Positions 19,837-29,833 of a stretch of 64,000 bases of DNA are shown in pieces. Both the position numbers and the translations under genes were made by a program. The notes under the pieces are model-generated. The model did no database searches. It worked only from the letters and a program-made list of their open reading frames with translations, and had not been told where the DNA came from. This DNA is from a virus (Duplodnaviria; Caudoviricetes), in IMG/VR virus record IMGVR_UViG_3300020379_000218, positions 45,564-109,563 of that record, one strand, 5' to 3'. The first letter of the stretch is position 1. Each line of letters starts with the position of its first letter.

Positions 19837-20460
19837 ATGACTATTACAGATTCAATTAAGCGACAACCAACGCAACTTGACTATGCAAGTCCAACGCAAT
19901 TCAAGTTTAGTATAAACAAACTTCCAAAGGTTGAATACTTTTGTACAGAAGTTAATATCCCTAGTTTGCAAATGAGTAATGCTACACAGGTTACTCCTTT
20001 GAGAGATATACCTTTACCTGGTACAAAACTTGACTTTGGTGATTTAGTACTTACATTTATGGTAGACGAAAAGTTAGAGAACTATGAAGAAGTATTTGGT
20101 TGGTTAAGAGGTCTTGGTTTTCCTGAAGACCACAACGATTATGGTGTATTAGTCAACGCAGGAAGAGATAGATTTCCTACTGCCGGCAAAGGTAACATTA
20201 ATAAAAATGCTGGTAGAGAAGGTAGCGCAATACCTCAAGGACCTATATTATCAGACGCAACACTTACCATACTATCTGCAAAGAACAACCCAATCAAAGA
20301 AGTGAGATTTAAAGACATATTTCCTGTATCTATTACAGGTGTCAACTATAGTCAACAAGCAAGTGATGTACAATACTTGACTAGTAGTGTGTCATTTAAA
20401 TATCAGACATATACTTTTGCTGAACCTGGCAAGGATCCAAAAGTAAACTTTACAGCATAG
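19837..20460 (+). CDS. gp3: Tail completion/tube terminator gp3
   Basis: YASPTQFKF, FMVDEKLENY, SDATLTIL, FKDIFPVS; synteny gp23-gp3-uvsY. Confidence 0.85.
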   Translation: MTITDSIKRQPTQLDYASPTQFKFSINKLPKVEYFCTEVNIPSLQMSNATQVTPLRDIPLPGTKLDFGDLVLTFMVDEKLENYEEVFGWLRGLGFPEDHNDYGVLVNAGRDRFPTAGKGNINKNAGREGSAIPQGPILSDATLTILSAKNNPIKEVRFKDIFPVSITGVNYSQQASDVQYLTSSVSFKYQTYTFAEPGKDPKVNFTA

Positions 20461-20464
20461 AAGC

Positions 20465-20493
20465 TTGACAAATTACTAGATTTAGTATATACT
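20465..20493 (+). promoter_or_regulatory. Sigma70-type promoter (uvsY)
   Basis: TTGACA-17-TATACT. Confidence 0.75.
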
Positions 20494-20524
20494 TTATATA
20501 AATCTAACAAACGGATACTAGATT

Positions 20525-20953
20525 ATGACATTAGAAGAATTACAAGAATTAGCAGATAAAAAATTAAAAATCAATGATACTGAGCTTGATATTGAAGCTC
20601 TTAAAACACCACAATTACATAATGAATTTTTGAAACACTACAATAAGTTTAATCTTTTACTTACTAAAACAGAAAGTGAGTTAAGGATTATTAAATTACA
20701 TAAGTGGGAATATTACACAGGGAAAGCAGACCCAGCAGTTTATCAAACTAAACCATTCAATTTAAAAATTCTAAAGCAAGATGTTGATAAGTACATTGAA
20801 GCAGATGAAGATTACATTAAGATTAAACAAAAAGTTGACTACTTAAAAACTATATGTGATTTTCTGGACAAAACAATCAAACAAATATCAAATCGTGGAT
20901 TCCTAATCAAGGATGCTATTGAATGGCGTAAGTTTACTTCTGGCGCTATTTAA
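20525..20953 (+). CDS. uvsY: Recombination mediator UvsY
   Basis: KWEYYTGKA, YIEADED, IKDAIEWRKF. Confidence 0.92.
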   Translation: MTLEELQELADKKLKINDTELDIEALKTPQLHNEFLKHYNKFNLLLTKTESELRIIKLHKWEYYTGKADPAVYQTKPFNLKILKQDVDKYIEADEDYIKIKQKVDYLKTICDFLDKTIKQISNRGFLIKDAIEWRKFTSGAI

Positions 20954-20956
20954 TAG

Positions 20957-22438
20957 ATGGTAGAAAATCGTTATATTATATTAGAAAAGAAAGACGAAGT
21001 ATATCTTTCAATTGAAGCCGAGAGCGACATTCGTAGAGAACTATCGGAGTTTTTTACTTTTGAAGTACCTGGTTATAAGTTTATGCCTCAATATAGAAAT
21101 AGATATTGGGACGGAAAGATAAGACTATTTAAGTATGCAAGTGGTGAGATATACTATGGTCTTTTACCTTATGTTAGAAAATTTTGTGAAGATAACAATA
21201 TACAAGTTGTTTCTAAAATTAAAGAACAAAGTAAACCATTAGATAAGATAGAGTGTGCTAAATTTTGTAAAGCATTAAACATACCTTTAACTATTAGAGA
21301 TTATCAATTCAATGCTTTCTATCACGCTATACAAGAAGATAGATGTTTATTACTATCGCCAACTGCTAGTGGTAAATCACTTATTGCATATCTAATATTG
21401 CGATTTCAACTATTACGATTAAAAGAAAAGAAAGCAAATAAGATATTAATTATTGTACCTACAACATCATTAGTAGAACAATTGTATAAAGACTTTGGCG
21501 ACTATGGTTATAATACTAAACATATACATAGAATATATCAAGGACACGATAAAGATACTACAAAGAAAGTTATCATATCTACTTGGCAGTCTATTTACAA
21601 ACTACCTAAAAAGTGGTTTGCACAATTTGGTTGTATACTTGGTGACGAAGCACATTTATTTAAATCCCAGTCCCTAACAAGTATAATGACAAAGATGACT
21701 AATTGTAAGTATAGAATAGGTATGACAGGTACACTTGATGGTAGTAAGACACATAAACTAGTATTAGAAGGTTTATTTGGTGCTGTAAATAGAGTTGCAA
21801 GTACAACTGATTTAATAGAAAAGAAACAACTAGCAGAATTTAAGATACATTGTTTAATACTTAAACACGGAAAGAATAGTAAAGACTTTTTAAAAGATAA
21901 GAACTACCAAGAAGAAATGGACTTCTTGTGTGCTAGTAAAGCAAGAAATAAATATATAACGAACTTGACAAATGGTCTACAAGGTAATACTTTATTGTTA
22001 TTTCAATATGTAGAGAAACACGGAAGAGTATTACAAGAACTTATAGAAAAGAAAGTAGAAGATGGTCGTAAAGTCTTCTTTGTATTTGGAGGAGTATCAG
22101 CAGATGATAGAGAACAAATTAGGGCAATTACTGAAAAGTCGGATAACGCAATTATTATCGCCAGTTATGGAACATTTTCCACTGGTATTAATATACGAAA
22201 CTTACATAATATTATTTTTTCTAGTCCTAGTAAGAGTAGGATAAGAAATCTACAATCTATTGGTCGTGGTTTACGACTAGGAGATAACAAAGTAAATGCG
22301 ACACTATACGATATATCAGATGATGTATCATATGGAGAAAAAGAAAATTACACATTGCAACACTTCCGAGAAAGAATAAATATATACAATGAAGAGAACT
22401 TTGATTATGAAATTCACAATGTGGAACTAAAGGAGTAA
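20957..22438 (+). CDS. uvsW: DNA helicase UvsW
   Basis: WDGKIRLF, SPTASGKS, DEAH, TGT, QSIGRGLR. Confidence 0.96.
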   Translation: MVENRYIILEKKDEVYLSIEAESDIRRELSEFFTFEVPGYKFMPQYRNRYWDGKIRLFKYASGEIYYGLLPYVRKFCEDNNIQVVSKIKEQSKPLDKIECAKFCKALNIPLTIRDYQFNAFYHAIQEDRCLLLSPTASGKSLIAYLILRFQLLRLKEKKANKILIIVPTTSLVEQLYKDFGDYGYNTKHIHRIYQGHDKDTTKKVIISTWQSIYKLPKKWFAQFGCILGDEAHLFKSQSLTSIMTKMTNCKYRIGMTGTLDGSKTHKLVLEGLFGAVNRVASTTDLIEKKQLAEFKIHCLILKHGKNSKDFLKDKNYQEEMDFLCASKARNKYITNLTNGLQGNTLLLFQYVEKHGRVLQELIEKKVEDGRKVFFVFGGVSADDREQIRAITEKSDNAIIIASYGTFSTGINIRNLHNIIFSSPSKSRIRNLQSIGRGLRLGDNKVNATLYDISDDVSYGEKENYTLQHFRERINIYNEENFDYEIHNVELKE

Positions 22439-22440
22439 GT

Positions 22441-22911
22441 ATGCCAGATAAAACAGACAGAAATCCTGACGGAACTACCTCAATCAAAATCGTAAAGATT
22501 ATGAATGGCGCTGATATTGTATGCGTTATTCCTGCTACGGTAGACCAGCAAAAATCGCCGTTGCTGACATTAGACAAACCATTAGAAATAAAATATGTTC
22601 CACAAATTACTAACATTGGTGTTAAAGATTATATAGCACTAGTGAAGTGGGCAGCTTACACAAACGACCAACTGGTCACAATTCCCAAAGACAAGATATT
22701 GACGATTACTAACGCTAGTGAAGAAATGATTAAATCTTACAAGCAAGTGATACACGACTACACTAACCACGATAAAGTGATGAGACGAGAAGACAATCCG
22801 AGAACTGAAAGACTTATGGATAGAGAAATGATGAGACAAGATGAACTTGACGAATATGAAGAGATATTTGAGGCCTTTAATGATGTTAAAAAGAAAAGTA
22901 CAATTCACTAA
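22441..22911 (+). CDS. Conserved T4-like hypothetical protein (uvsW-gp55 interval)
   Basis: AGGAG RBS; IKIVKIMNGADIV N-terminus. Confidence 0.65.
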   Translation: MPDKTDRNPDGTTSIKIVKIMNGADIVCVIPATVDQQKSPLLTLDKPLEIKYVPQITNIGVKDYIALVKWAAYTNDQLVTIPKDKILTITNASEEMIKSYKQVIHDYTNHDKVMRREDNPRTERLMDREMMRQDELDEYEEIFEAFNDVKKKSTIH

Positions 22912-22952
22912 ACGCTACTCTATAGACTCTATCTCTCAGCGGCAACACGCTG

Positions 22953-22981
22953 ATAATAACATAGGAAATTTAATCTGTCAA
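22953..22981 (-). promoter_or_regulatory. Antisense sigma70-type promoter
   Basis: Minus strand GC-TTGACA(22981-22976)-17-TATTAT(22958-22953). Confidence 0.5.
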
Positions 22982-23017
22982 GCGCCTATGCCAGAAACTG
23001 GAAATTTTCACAGGTGC

Positions 23018-23046
23018 TTGACCTTTGAAACAAAATATAGTATAGT
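23018..23046 (+). promoter_or_regulatory. Sigma70-type promoter (gp55)
   Basis: TTGACC-17-TATAGT. Confidence 0.6.
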
Positions 23047-23055
23047 GAGAACATA

Positions 23056-23643
23056 ATGACAACTACAGAAACAAAAAAGAAAAGAGTACGAATCCCTGCC
23101 AAAAAAGAGCACTATGTAAATAACAAAGAGTTTCTTCAGGCGATGATTGAGTACAAAGAGAAATGCAAAAAAGCAGAAGCGAGAGGACGAAAGAATCCTC
23201 CGGTTACGAATTACATAGGTGAATGTTTTTTAAAGATTGCAAACCATTTATCATACAGACCTAACTTTATTAATTATACATTTAGAGACGATATGATTTC
23301 TGATGGCATAGAGAATTGTTTACAATATCTAGGTAACTTTAATCCAGAAAAATCAAACAATCCTTTTGCCTATTTTACACAAATTATCTATTATGCGTTT
23401 GTTAGAAGAATACAGAAAGAGAAAAAACAAACAACAATCAAACACAAACTTATTCAGGATGCCAACTATGATGATATGACATTGCAACCTGGAGACGATA
23501 GAGATTTTAAAAATCAGTTTACAGAATTCTTACAAAAGAACTTACCTGTACAAGAACCAACAAGTGAACCAGCACCCACGAAACCAAAAGGTGCAAAACT
23601 AAAGAGAACTAGAAAAGCAAAGATTAATTTAGAGAACTTTTAA
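23056..23643 (+). CDS. gp55: Late-transcription sigma factor gp55
   Basis: HYVNNKEF, YIGECFLKIA, DMISDGIENC, NPFAYFTQI. Confidence 0.96.
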   Translation: MTTTETKKKRVRIPAKKEHYVNNKEFLQAMIEYKEKCKKAEARGRKNPPVTNYIGECFLKIANHLSYRPNFINYTFRDDMISDGIENCLQYLGNFNPEKSNNPFAYFTQIIYYAFVRRIQKEKKQTTIKHKLIQDANYDDMTLQPGDDRDFKNQFTEFLQKNLPVQEPTSEPAPTKPKGAKLKRTRKAKINLENF

Positions 23644-23645
23644 TT

Positions 23646-24707
23646 ATGAAGATAGCGTTATTGAATGATACTCACTTCGGTGCGAGAAGTGATAGTCCTG
23701 CATTTATCAAATATTTTAACCGGTTTTATGACGAGATATTTTTCCCATACCTAGAAGAACACAAGATAACAACACTTATTCATTTAGGTGATGTTGTTGA
23801 TAGAAGAAAGTTTATTAACTTTAATACAGCACATAACTTTCAAAATAAATTCTGGAAAAGACTATGGGATATGAAAATAGATACTCATATTATACTTGGC
23901 AACCACGATACTTATTATAAGAATACAAACTCTATTAATAGTATGCAACAATTGATTACTACTTTTGATGGTATCAATGAACCATTTATATATGAGAAAC
24001 CAAAGACGGTTGAGTTTGATGGTCTACCTATACTATTCGTTCCTTGGATATGTCCAGAGAATGAAGAAGAAAGTCTATACGAAATAGAAAATTCACAAGC
24101 ACAAATTTGTATGGGTCACCTTGAAGTTAAAGGTTTTGAAATGCACAAAGGACACTTCCAAGAACACGGACTAGAGATAGACTTATTTAAAAGATTTGAC
24201 AAAGTATTATCTGGTCACTATCATAGAAAATCAGATAATGGTACTATCTACTATCTAGGTACACAATACGAAATTACTTGGTCAGATTATCAATGCCCTA
24301 AAGGTTTTCATATATTTGATACAGATACTAGAGAACTTACAAGAGTGCCTAATCCTATTAATATGTTTAAGAAGATAACATATAACGATAAGAAAAATAA
24401 CTATGCAAATATGGATATATCTGAATACGAAGATTGTTTTGTAAAAGTTATAGTAGAAGAAAAACAAGATGTAAATATGTTTGGTGAGTTTATAGACAGA
24501 TTACATAATGAGATACATACACACGAAGTTAATGTCATAGAAGATAGTTATAATATAAATTCAACTGCCAATATTAATATTGTAGACCAAGGTGAAGATA
24601 CTTTAACCTTCTTACAAAATTATATTAATAGTTTAGATACTGAACTAGATAAGCACAAGATGAATACAATAGTTAAAGACTTATATAATGAGGTGCAAGA
24701 TAAGTGA
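23646..24707 (+). CDS. gp47: Recombination nuclease gp47 (Mre11/SbcD-like)
   Basis: DTHFG, HLGD, GNHD, SGHYH. Confidence 0.96.
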   Translation: MKIALLNDTHFGARSDSPAFIKYFNRFYDEIFFPYLEEHKITTLIHLGDVVDRRKFINFNTAHNFQNKFWKRLWDMKIDTHIILGNHDTYYKNTNSINSMQQLITTFDGINEPFIYEKPKTVEFDGLPILFVPWICPENEEESLYEIENSQAQICMGHLEVKGFEMHKGHFQEHGLEIDLFKRFDKVLSGHYHRKSDNGTIYYLGTQYEITWSDYQCPKGFHIFDTDTRELTRVPNPINMFKKITYNDKKNNYANMDISEYEDCFVKVIVEEKQDVNMFGEFIDRLHNEIHTHEVNVIEDSYNINSTANINIVDQGEDTLTFLQNYINSLDTELDKHKMNTIVKDLYNEVQDK

Positions 24708-26419
24708 TAATTTTTCATAATATAACCTGGAAGAATTTTCTTTCAACAGGCAATACACCAATCAGCGTAAATTTAAGAGAAGCACCTACGACATTAATCA
24801 TAGGTAGTAATGGGTCAGGTAAATCAACTTTACTAGACGCATTGTGTTTTGCTCTCTTCAATAAACCTTTTAGAATTATTAAGAAAGACCAGATGGTAAA
24901 TACTATCAACAATGCTGATACACTTGTTGAAGTTTATTTTAGTATAGGTCCTAAAAAGTATAAAGTACGAAGAGGTATTAAACCTAACATATTTGAAATA
25001 TACCAAGACGGCATTTTATTAAATCAGGATGCCTCTTCTATAGATTATCAAAAGTACCTAGAACAAAATATAATGAAACTAAATTACAGGTCATTTTGTC
25101 AAGTTGTAATTTTAGGTTCTTCTTCATATGAACCATTTATGAAGATGAGAGCAAGTTATAGGCGTGATGTTATTGAAGAGATACTTGATATTAAAGTATT
25201 TGCAAGTATGAACTTATTATTAAGAAGTAAACAACAAGACTTAACAAAAGAGATTACTACATTAAGACACCAAGTAGACTTGATTGAAAACAAAGTTGAC
25301 TTACAAGAGAAACATTATAATGAATTACAAGGTAGAGATACAGACGCTATATCTAAAAAGAAAGAAGACATAGAGAAAGCACAAGAACATAAAAGAGATT
25401 ATATGTTGCGTATCAGTAGTCTTAATGAAGAGATTACAAAGAACAAACTAAAACTAGAAGGCACAGAAGAAACTAAAAGTAAATTTCTTCAATTACAGAA
25501 ACTAGAAAGTAAGATTGATACAAACTTAAAGACACATAAAAAGGCACTTAAATTCTTTGAAGAGAATACTAATTGTCCTGTTTGTACACAAGAACTTGAA
25601 CCTGGTTTCAAACAAGAGAAAGTAAACGAAGAGAAGGCTGCTGTAGATAAGTTAAACGAAGGTTATAAAAAACTATTAACTGAAATTACTAATACAGAAG
25701 AGAAGATATTAAATATAGACAAAGTATCTGAAACTATTAGAAGTATAGAAACTAATGTTGCAAAACTAAACACAAGTGTTGATGAACTTAAAAGACATAG
25801 TGATAGAATACAAAACGAGATTGACTTGTTATCTGTAGAGGATGCTTCAGGCCTAAATATAAAAGAAGAGATTGTTAGACTAAAACAAGAGTTAGTCAAA
25901 ACAAAAGAAGATAGAGACAAAGTTATTGATGAGAAAAAATATGTTGATGTATTAAGACAGATTGTAGACGATAGTGGTGCTAGAGCACAGATTATTAAGA
26001 AGTATATACCAGTTATGAATACACTTATTAATCAGTATCTACAATCAATGGACTTCTTTATATCTTTCCATTTAGATGAAGAGTTTAAAGAAACGGTTAA
26101 GAGTAGACATATGGATTCTTTTAACTACAATAATTTTAGTGAAGGTGAAAAGATGAGAATAGACTTGTCATTACTATTCACTTGGAGAAGTATTGCGAAG
26201 ATGAAGAACTCCGTCAATACTAACTTATTAATACTTGATGAGATATTTGATAGTAGTTTAGATGGTCAAGGAACAGATGATTTCTTTAAGATTATCAAAA
26301 CACTTACAAAAGAAAATATCTTTATCATATCGCATAAAGGAGATATAATGTTTGACAAGTTTACAAATATAATTAAATTTGAGAAATACCAAAACTTTAC
26401 GAGGTTAGAAAATGTCTAA
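24704..26419 (+). CDS. gp46: Recombination ATPase gp46 (Rad50/SbcC-like)
   Basis: GSNGSGKST, CPVC zinc hook, FSEGEK, LILDE, ISH. Confidence 0.96.
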   Translation: MIIFHNITWKNFLSTGNTPISVNLREAPTTLIIGSNGSGKSTLLDALCFALFNKPFRIIKKDQMVNTINNADTLVEVYFSIGPKKYKVRRGIKPNIFEIYQDGILLNQDASSIDYQKYLEQNIMKLNYRSFCQVVILGSSSYEPFMKMRASYRRDVIEEILDIKVFASMNLLLRSKQQDLTKEITTLRHQVDLIENKVDLQEKHYNELQGRDTDAISKKKEDIEKAQEHKRDYMLRISSLNEEITKNKLKLEGTEETKSKFLQLQKLESKIDTNLKTHKKALKFFEENTNCPVCTQELEPGFKQEKVNEEKAAVDKLNEGYKKLLTEITNTEEKILNIDKVSETIRSIETNVAKLNTSVDELKRHSDRIQNEIDLLSVEDASGLNIKEEIVRLKQELVKTKEDRDKVIDEKKYVDVLRQIVDDSGARAQIIKKYIPVMNTLINQYLQSMDFFISFHLDEEFKETVKSRHMDSFNYNNFSEGEKMRIDLSLLFTWRSIAKMKNSVNTNLLILDEIFDSSLDGQGTDDFFKIIKTLTKENIFIISHKGDIMFDKFTNIIKFEKYQNFTRLENV

Positions 26420-27302
26420 AGATTTAAAAGATAATCCTACTACTGCTGTTCATACAGGCGACAGACAAAGAATGACGGTTGCTGAAGAAGAAAAATTTAA
26501 AGATGATATAATGAAACAAGCAGAAGAACAGATTAAAGCAGGTGATGTTGAAATTGCAAAAGAAGGTGAGTGGGTTGACCACGCCAACATCAAAGAAAAA
26601 CTAGAAAAGATGAGAGACGAAGATAAGGCAAAAGAAGGTGTCGTAGAGGATATGACAGATAAGAATAAGTCTGTTGAAATCAGAAAAGGCATTGACCCTA
26701 AATCGTTTCAGTACGAATTATTACCACCACAGGATCCTAGAGTTAGACAACCTGTAGCACCTTTCAAAGATGAAATGCTAGAAGAGTATGGTCTAAAAAG
26801 TAGACAAGAACTTGTTGATGGTATGTTTGCTCTTATGCACAAATATGGTGGTATCGGTTTGAGTGCGATACAAATAGGTTTACCATTTAATATGTTTGTT
26901 GCAGGAGACCACGAATCAATAGAAAAGGGGTTAAAGATAGCGGCCTTTAATCCTGTTATTATACAAGCAAGTGAAGAAGAAGTACTAATGAAAGAGGGAT
27001 GCTTGACTTTTCCTTTCTTATTTGTTAGTATTAAAAGACCTCGTAAATGTGTTATGAAATACGAAGATGAGAACAAAGATTTAAAAGAAGCACATTTAGA
27101 TGGAATGATGAGTAGAGTTTGTCAACACGAATACGACCATCAAACAGGTACATTGATGGTACAGAAAGTTAGTAAACTAAAACTAGACTTAGCATATAAA
27201 AAAGCAGAAAAGGAGATGAAGAAGTGGAGACGCTATCAGGAAGCAATCAAGTCCAGTCAGCCAGTGAAAATATCAAACCCTGGCAAAAAGGATTTGAGTT
27301 AA
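26412..27302 (+). CDS. def: Peptide deformylase with long acidic N-terminal extension
   Basis: GIGLSAIQIG, EGCLT, QHEYDH. Confidence 0.92.
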   Translation: MSKDLKDNPTTAVHTGDRQRMTVAEEEKFKDDIMKQAEEQIKAGDVEIAKEGEWVDHANIKEKLEKMRDEDKAKEGVVEDMTDKNKSVEIRKGIDPKSFQYELLPPQDPRVRQPVAPFKDEMLEEYGLKSRQELVDGMFALMHKYGGIGLSAIQIGLPFNMFVAGDHESIEKGLKIAAFNPVIIQASEEEVLMKEGCLTFPFLFVSIKRPRKCVMKYEDENKDLKEAHLDGMMSRVCQHEYDHQTGTLMVQKVSKLKLDLAYKKAEKEMKKWRRYQEAIKSSQPVKISNPGKKDLS

Positions 27303-28426
27303 GTTATTTAAAAGATTTAGAAAAGAGATTTAATTCTTACAACGAATATGCTCAGCACGAAATGAGCAAGTTTAAAAAGAATAATATAGCAGACGCCTTG
27401 TCAAAAGATGAGATACAACTTCTAGGCAAAGGTTTAATACACTTCTCAAAAGTAAAAGTAAAATCAAACATCTTTATGTTCCCAGGTGTACTAATCGGTA
27501 CTAAACTACCTGGCGATATTCATATTAAACATTTAGGTTATACAGAAGAATTTGATAAAAGAAATATTATCACTACATTAATGGAAGACGCTCAATACAC
27601 TAATAACAATGTGTGGTTGTTTATTAACGAAGAGAGTGGACCTGATAAACATATTGCAACAGAAACAGGATTTGAGAAAGTCGGTACGAAGTATAATTCA
27701 GTTGCAGATATTATAGGTGTTTATTTTAGACACGCTAGTAATGTATTAGAAGATAGACAACACCCTAAAGTACCTGTCTATGAGAACTATACATTGAAAC
27801 CTATGAATGTATCATTTAAAGATATTACAACACAACTTGCAAAACAACTACACGAAATGGAAGTTGAGTTTACTAATCACTATTCAAACTACAATAAAGC
27901 AAAGTCTTGGAGTGCAATCTCATTAAGAGGTTATAAACCAGACTATAAGTTTATTACAAAACCTGTAGAAATGAATAAGAAGTGGAAAGAAGAAAACAAA
28001 GATGAACATTTTGAATTACAAGATACAGACTGGAGACAGAAGTTTCCTTTAGTAGAAAAGATATTAGATGTATTTGAAACAGAAATACATAGAGTTAGAT
28101 TTATGAATTTGAAACCAGGTGGTGGAGAATTACAAAGACATACAGACCAAGTAGACCCAGACATAGGAATTGCAGATGGTAGATTAATGAGAATACATAT
28201 ACCTATCAAAACAAATCCAGATGTAGAGTTTACAAGTTGGTCTATATCAGGTTCTAAAGTGATGACTAATATGGAAGAAGGAAGTTGCTGGTACCTAGAT
28301 ATTAGAAAACCACATATGGCAATTAACAATGGTGAAGACTGGAGAACACATTTAGTTATTGATGTAGTTGCTAATGATAAAGTGAGAAGTTTATTTAATG
28401 CTGACGCCCATAGAAAAATACGATAA
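27224..28426 (+). CDS. Fusion of a putative GNAT-like domain and an AspH-type 2OG-Fe(II) hydroxylase
   Basis: C-terminal RVRFMNL, HTD, RIHIPI, KPHMAIN, RTHLVID; N-terminal VWLFINEE...GFEKVG; AGGAG then GTG start. Confidence 0.7.
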   Translation: METLSGSNQVQSASENIKPWQKGFELSYLKDLEKRFNSYNEYAQHEMSKFKKNNIADALSKDEIQLLGKGLIHFSKVKVKSNIFMFPGVLIGTKLPGDIHIKHLGYTEEFDKRNIITTLMEDAQYTNNNVWLFINEESGPDKHIATETGFEKVGTKYNSVADIIGVYFRHASNVLEDRQHPKVPVYENYTLKPMNVSFKDITTQLAKQLHEMEVEFTNHYSNYNKAKSWSAISLRGYKPDYKFITKPVEMNKKWKEENKDEHFELQDTDWRQKFPLVEKILDVFETEIHRVRFMNLKPGGGELQRHTDQVDPDIGIADGRLMRIHIPIKTNPDVEFTSWSISGSKVMTNMEEGSCWYLDIRKPHMAINNGEDWRTHLVIDVVANDKVRSLFNADAHRKIR

Positions 28427-29297
28427 TATATATTACAAACGAGACGATTTGTTTGCACCATATGGAGATGTCAATGGTGGTAAAATGCGACAGACAATTG
28501 CCTTGTTTGAAAAGTATAAAGATAAGATAAGAAATGAACACAATAACGGAGTTATACAATCTGTTTCAGTACATAGTCCTACCGCTAGTGTTATCAGTAG
28601 AGTTGCGAAAGAGTATGGTTTTAAATCTATATTTGCAGTTGGTGGTACTAAACCTGAAACATTACAGAAACGCCATATAATGCACCTTGCACAATACTAT
28701 GGTGGCGAGATAAGAATAGTTGCAGGACACGGTATCAATAGTGTACTTGCAAAGAGAACTAAAGATATTATAGAAAAAGAAAAATATTTCTATACTTCTT
28801 TTGATAAATGGATTATGGAAGAACCTGAATTAATGTTAGAAACAAATGGCGAACAAGTGCAAAATCTACCAGATGAAATAGACAATTTAGTTATGAGTTG
28901 TGGTGTAGGTATTCAGATGTCTGCTGTTATGTATGGATTAAAGAAGTATAATAAGAAAGTAAAAAGAGTTATCGGTGTCGGTGTAGGACCTGATAGAACA
29001 AAGAATATAAGAAGTTATTTTGGATTAGAACAGAATGATTATCCTTTTGAATTTCACACACCAAAAACAAGTTATAGTACTCCTCTGAAAACTACAATAA
29101 CAAATCCTAACTACACGGATTCAGAAGAGTACTATCCATCAGAAAAATCATTTATGTTAGATGACTTATACGAAGCAAAAGCACATAAATGGATGTGTGA
29201 GAATATAAACATTTACGAAGGTACAAATGTCTTCTGGTGTGTCGGTAGAAGATTAAATCAAAACGAAGTACACGATATAACTGGAGGTATACAATGA
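28398..29297 (+). CDS. Fold-type II PLP enzyme (ACC deaminase/D-cysteine desulfhydrase-like)
   Basis: LTPIE, YYKRDDL, NGGKMR (PLP Lys), CGVGIQ phosphate loop, LDDLYEAKA. Confidence 0.8.
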   Translation: MLTPIEKYDNIYYKRDDLFAPYGDVNGGKMRQTIALFEKYKDKIRNEHNNGVIQSVSVHSPTASVISRVAKEYGFKSIFAVGGTKPETLQKRHIMHLAQYYGGEIRIVAGHGINSVLAKRTKDIIEKEKYFYTSFDKWIMEEPELMLETNGEQVQNLPDEIDNLVMSCGVGIQMSAVMYGLKKYNKKVKRVIGVGVGPDRTKNIRSYFGLEQNDYPFEFHTPKTSYSTPLKTTITNPNYTDSEEYYPSEKSFMLDDLYEAKAHKWMCENINIYEGTNVFWCVGRRLNQNEVHDITGGIQ

Positions 29298-29833
29298 AAT
29301 ACGATATGACAACTTTCTTTAAAGATGGTTTCTATACTGGTGATGTAGATATAAATGTACAACTATTTGATGATATAAAGTTTCCTAATATAGACTACAA
29401 TCCTGAAGACTTAAAACTACCTGATAATGTAAAACAAGAGATTAAGAAAGTACAAGAACAACTAGAAGAAGTTATATCAGAAACATATCCTAAATTTGAA
29501 CTTACAGAAGAACCTGGTTTATGGAACGGAGTAACCAAAGAGAATAATGAATTTCACAATGACTTTGTTGCAGGAGATAAATTCAATTCAAACATATTAG
29601 TATACCTAGATGAAGGTAACGATATGAATGAAAACTATATTGAGATTGCAGGTGAAGACATTTTAGATAAAGATGGCACACCATATGGTGTAAGTAAGTG
29701 TAGAATATTCTGTAGACCAGGACAATTTGTCTGGTTAAATCAATCACCTCAATTTGAACATAGAGCAAACAACGGAAGTGGGAATAGAAGATTGATACAC
29801 TTTGCATACTATATACCGGAGATTAAAAAATGA
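29294..29833 (+). CDS. Putative 2OG-Fe(II) oxygenase
   Basis: FHND, ILVYL, FEHRA, NRRLIHF. Confidence 0.6.
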   Translation: MKYDMTTFFKDGFYTGDVDINVQLFDDIKFPNIDYNPEDLKLPDNVKQEIKKVQEQLEEVISETYPKFELTEEPGLWNGVTKENNEFHNDFVAGDKFNSNILVYLDEGNDMNENYIEIAGEDILDKDGTPYGVSKCRIFCRPGQFVWLNQSPQFEHRANNGSGNRRLIHFAYYIPEIKK

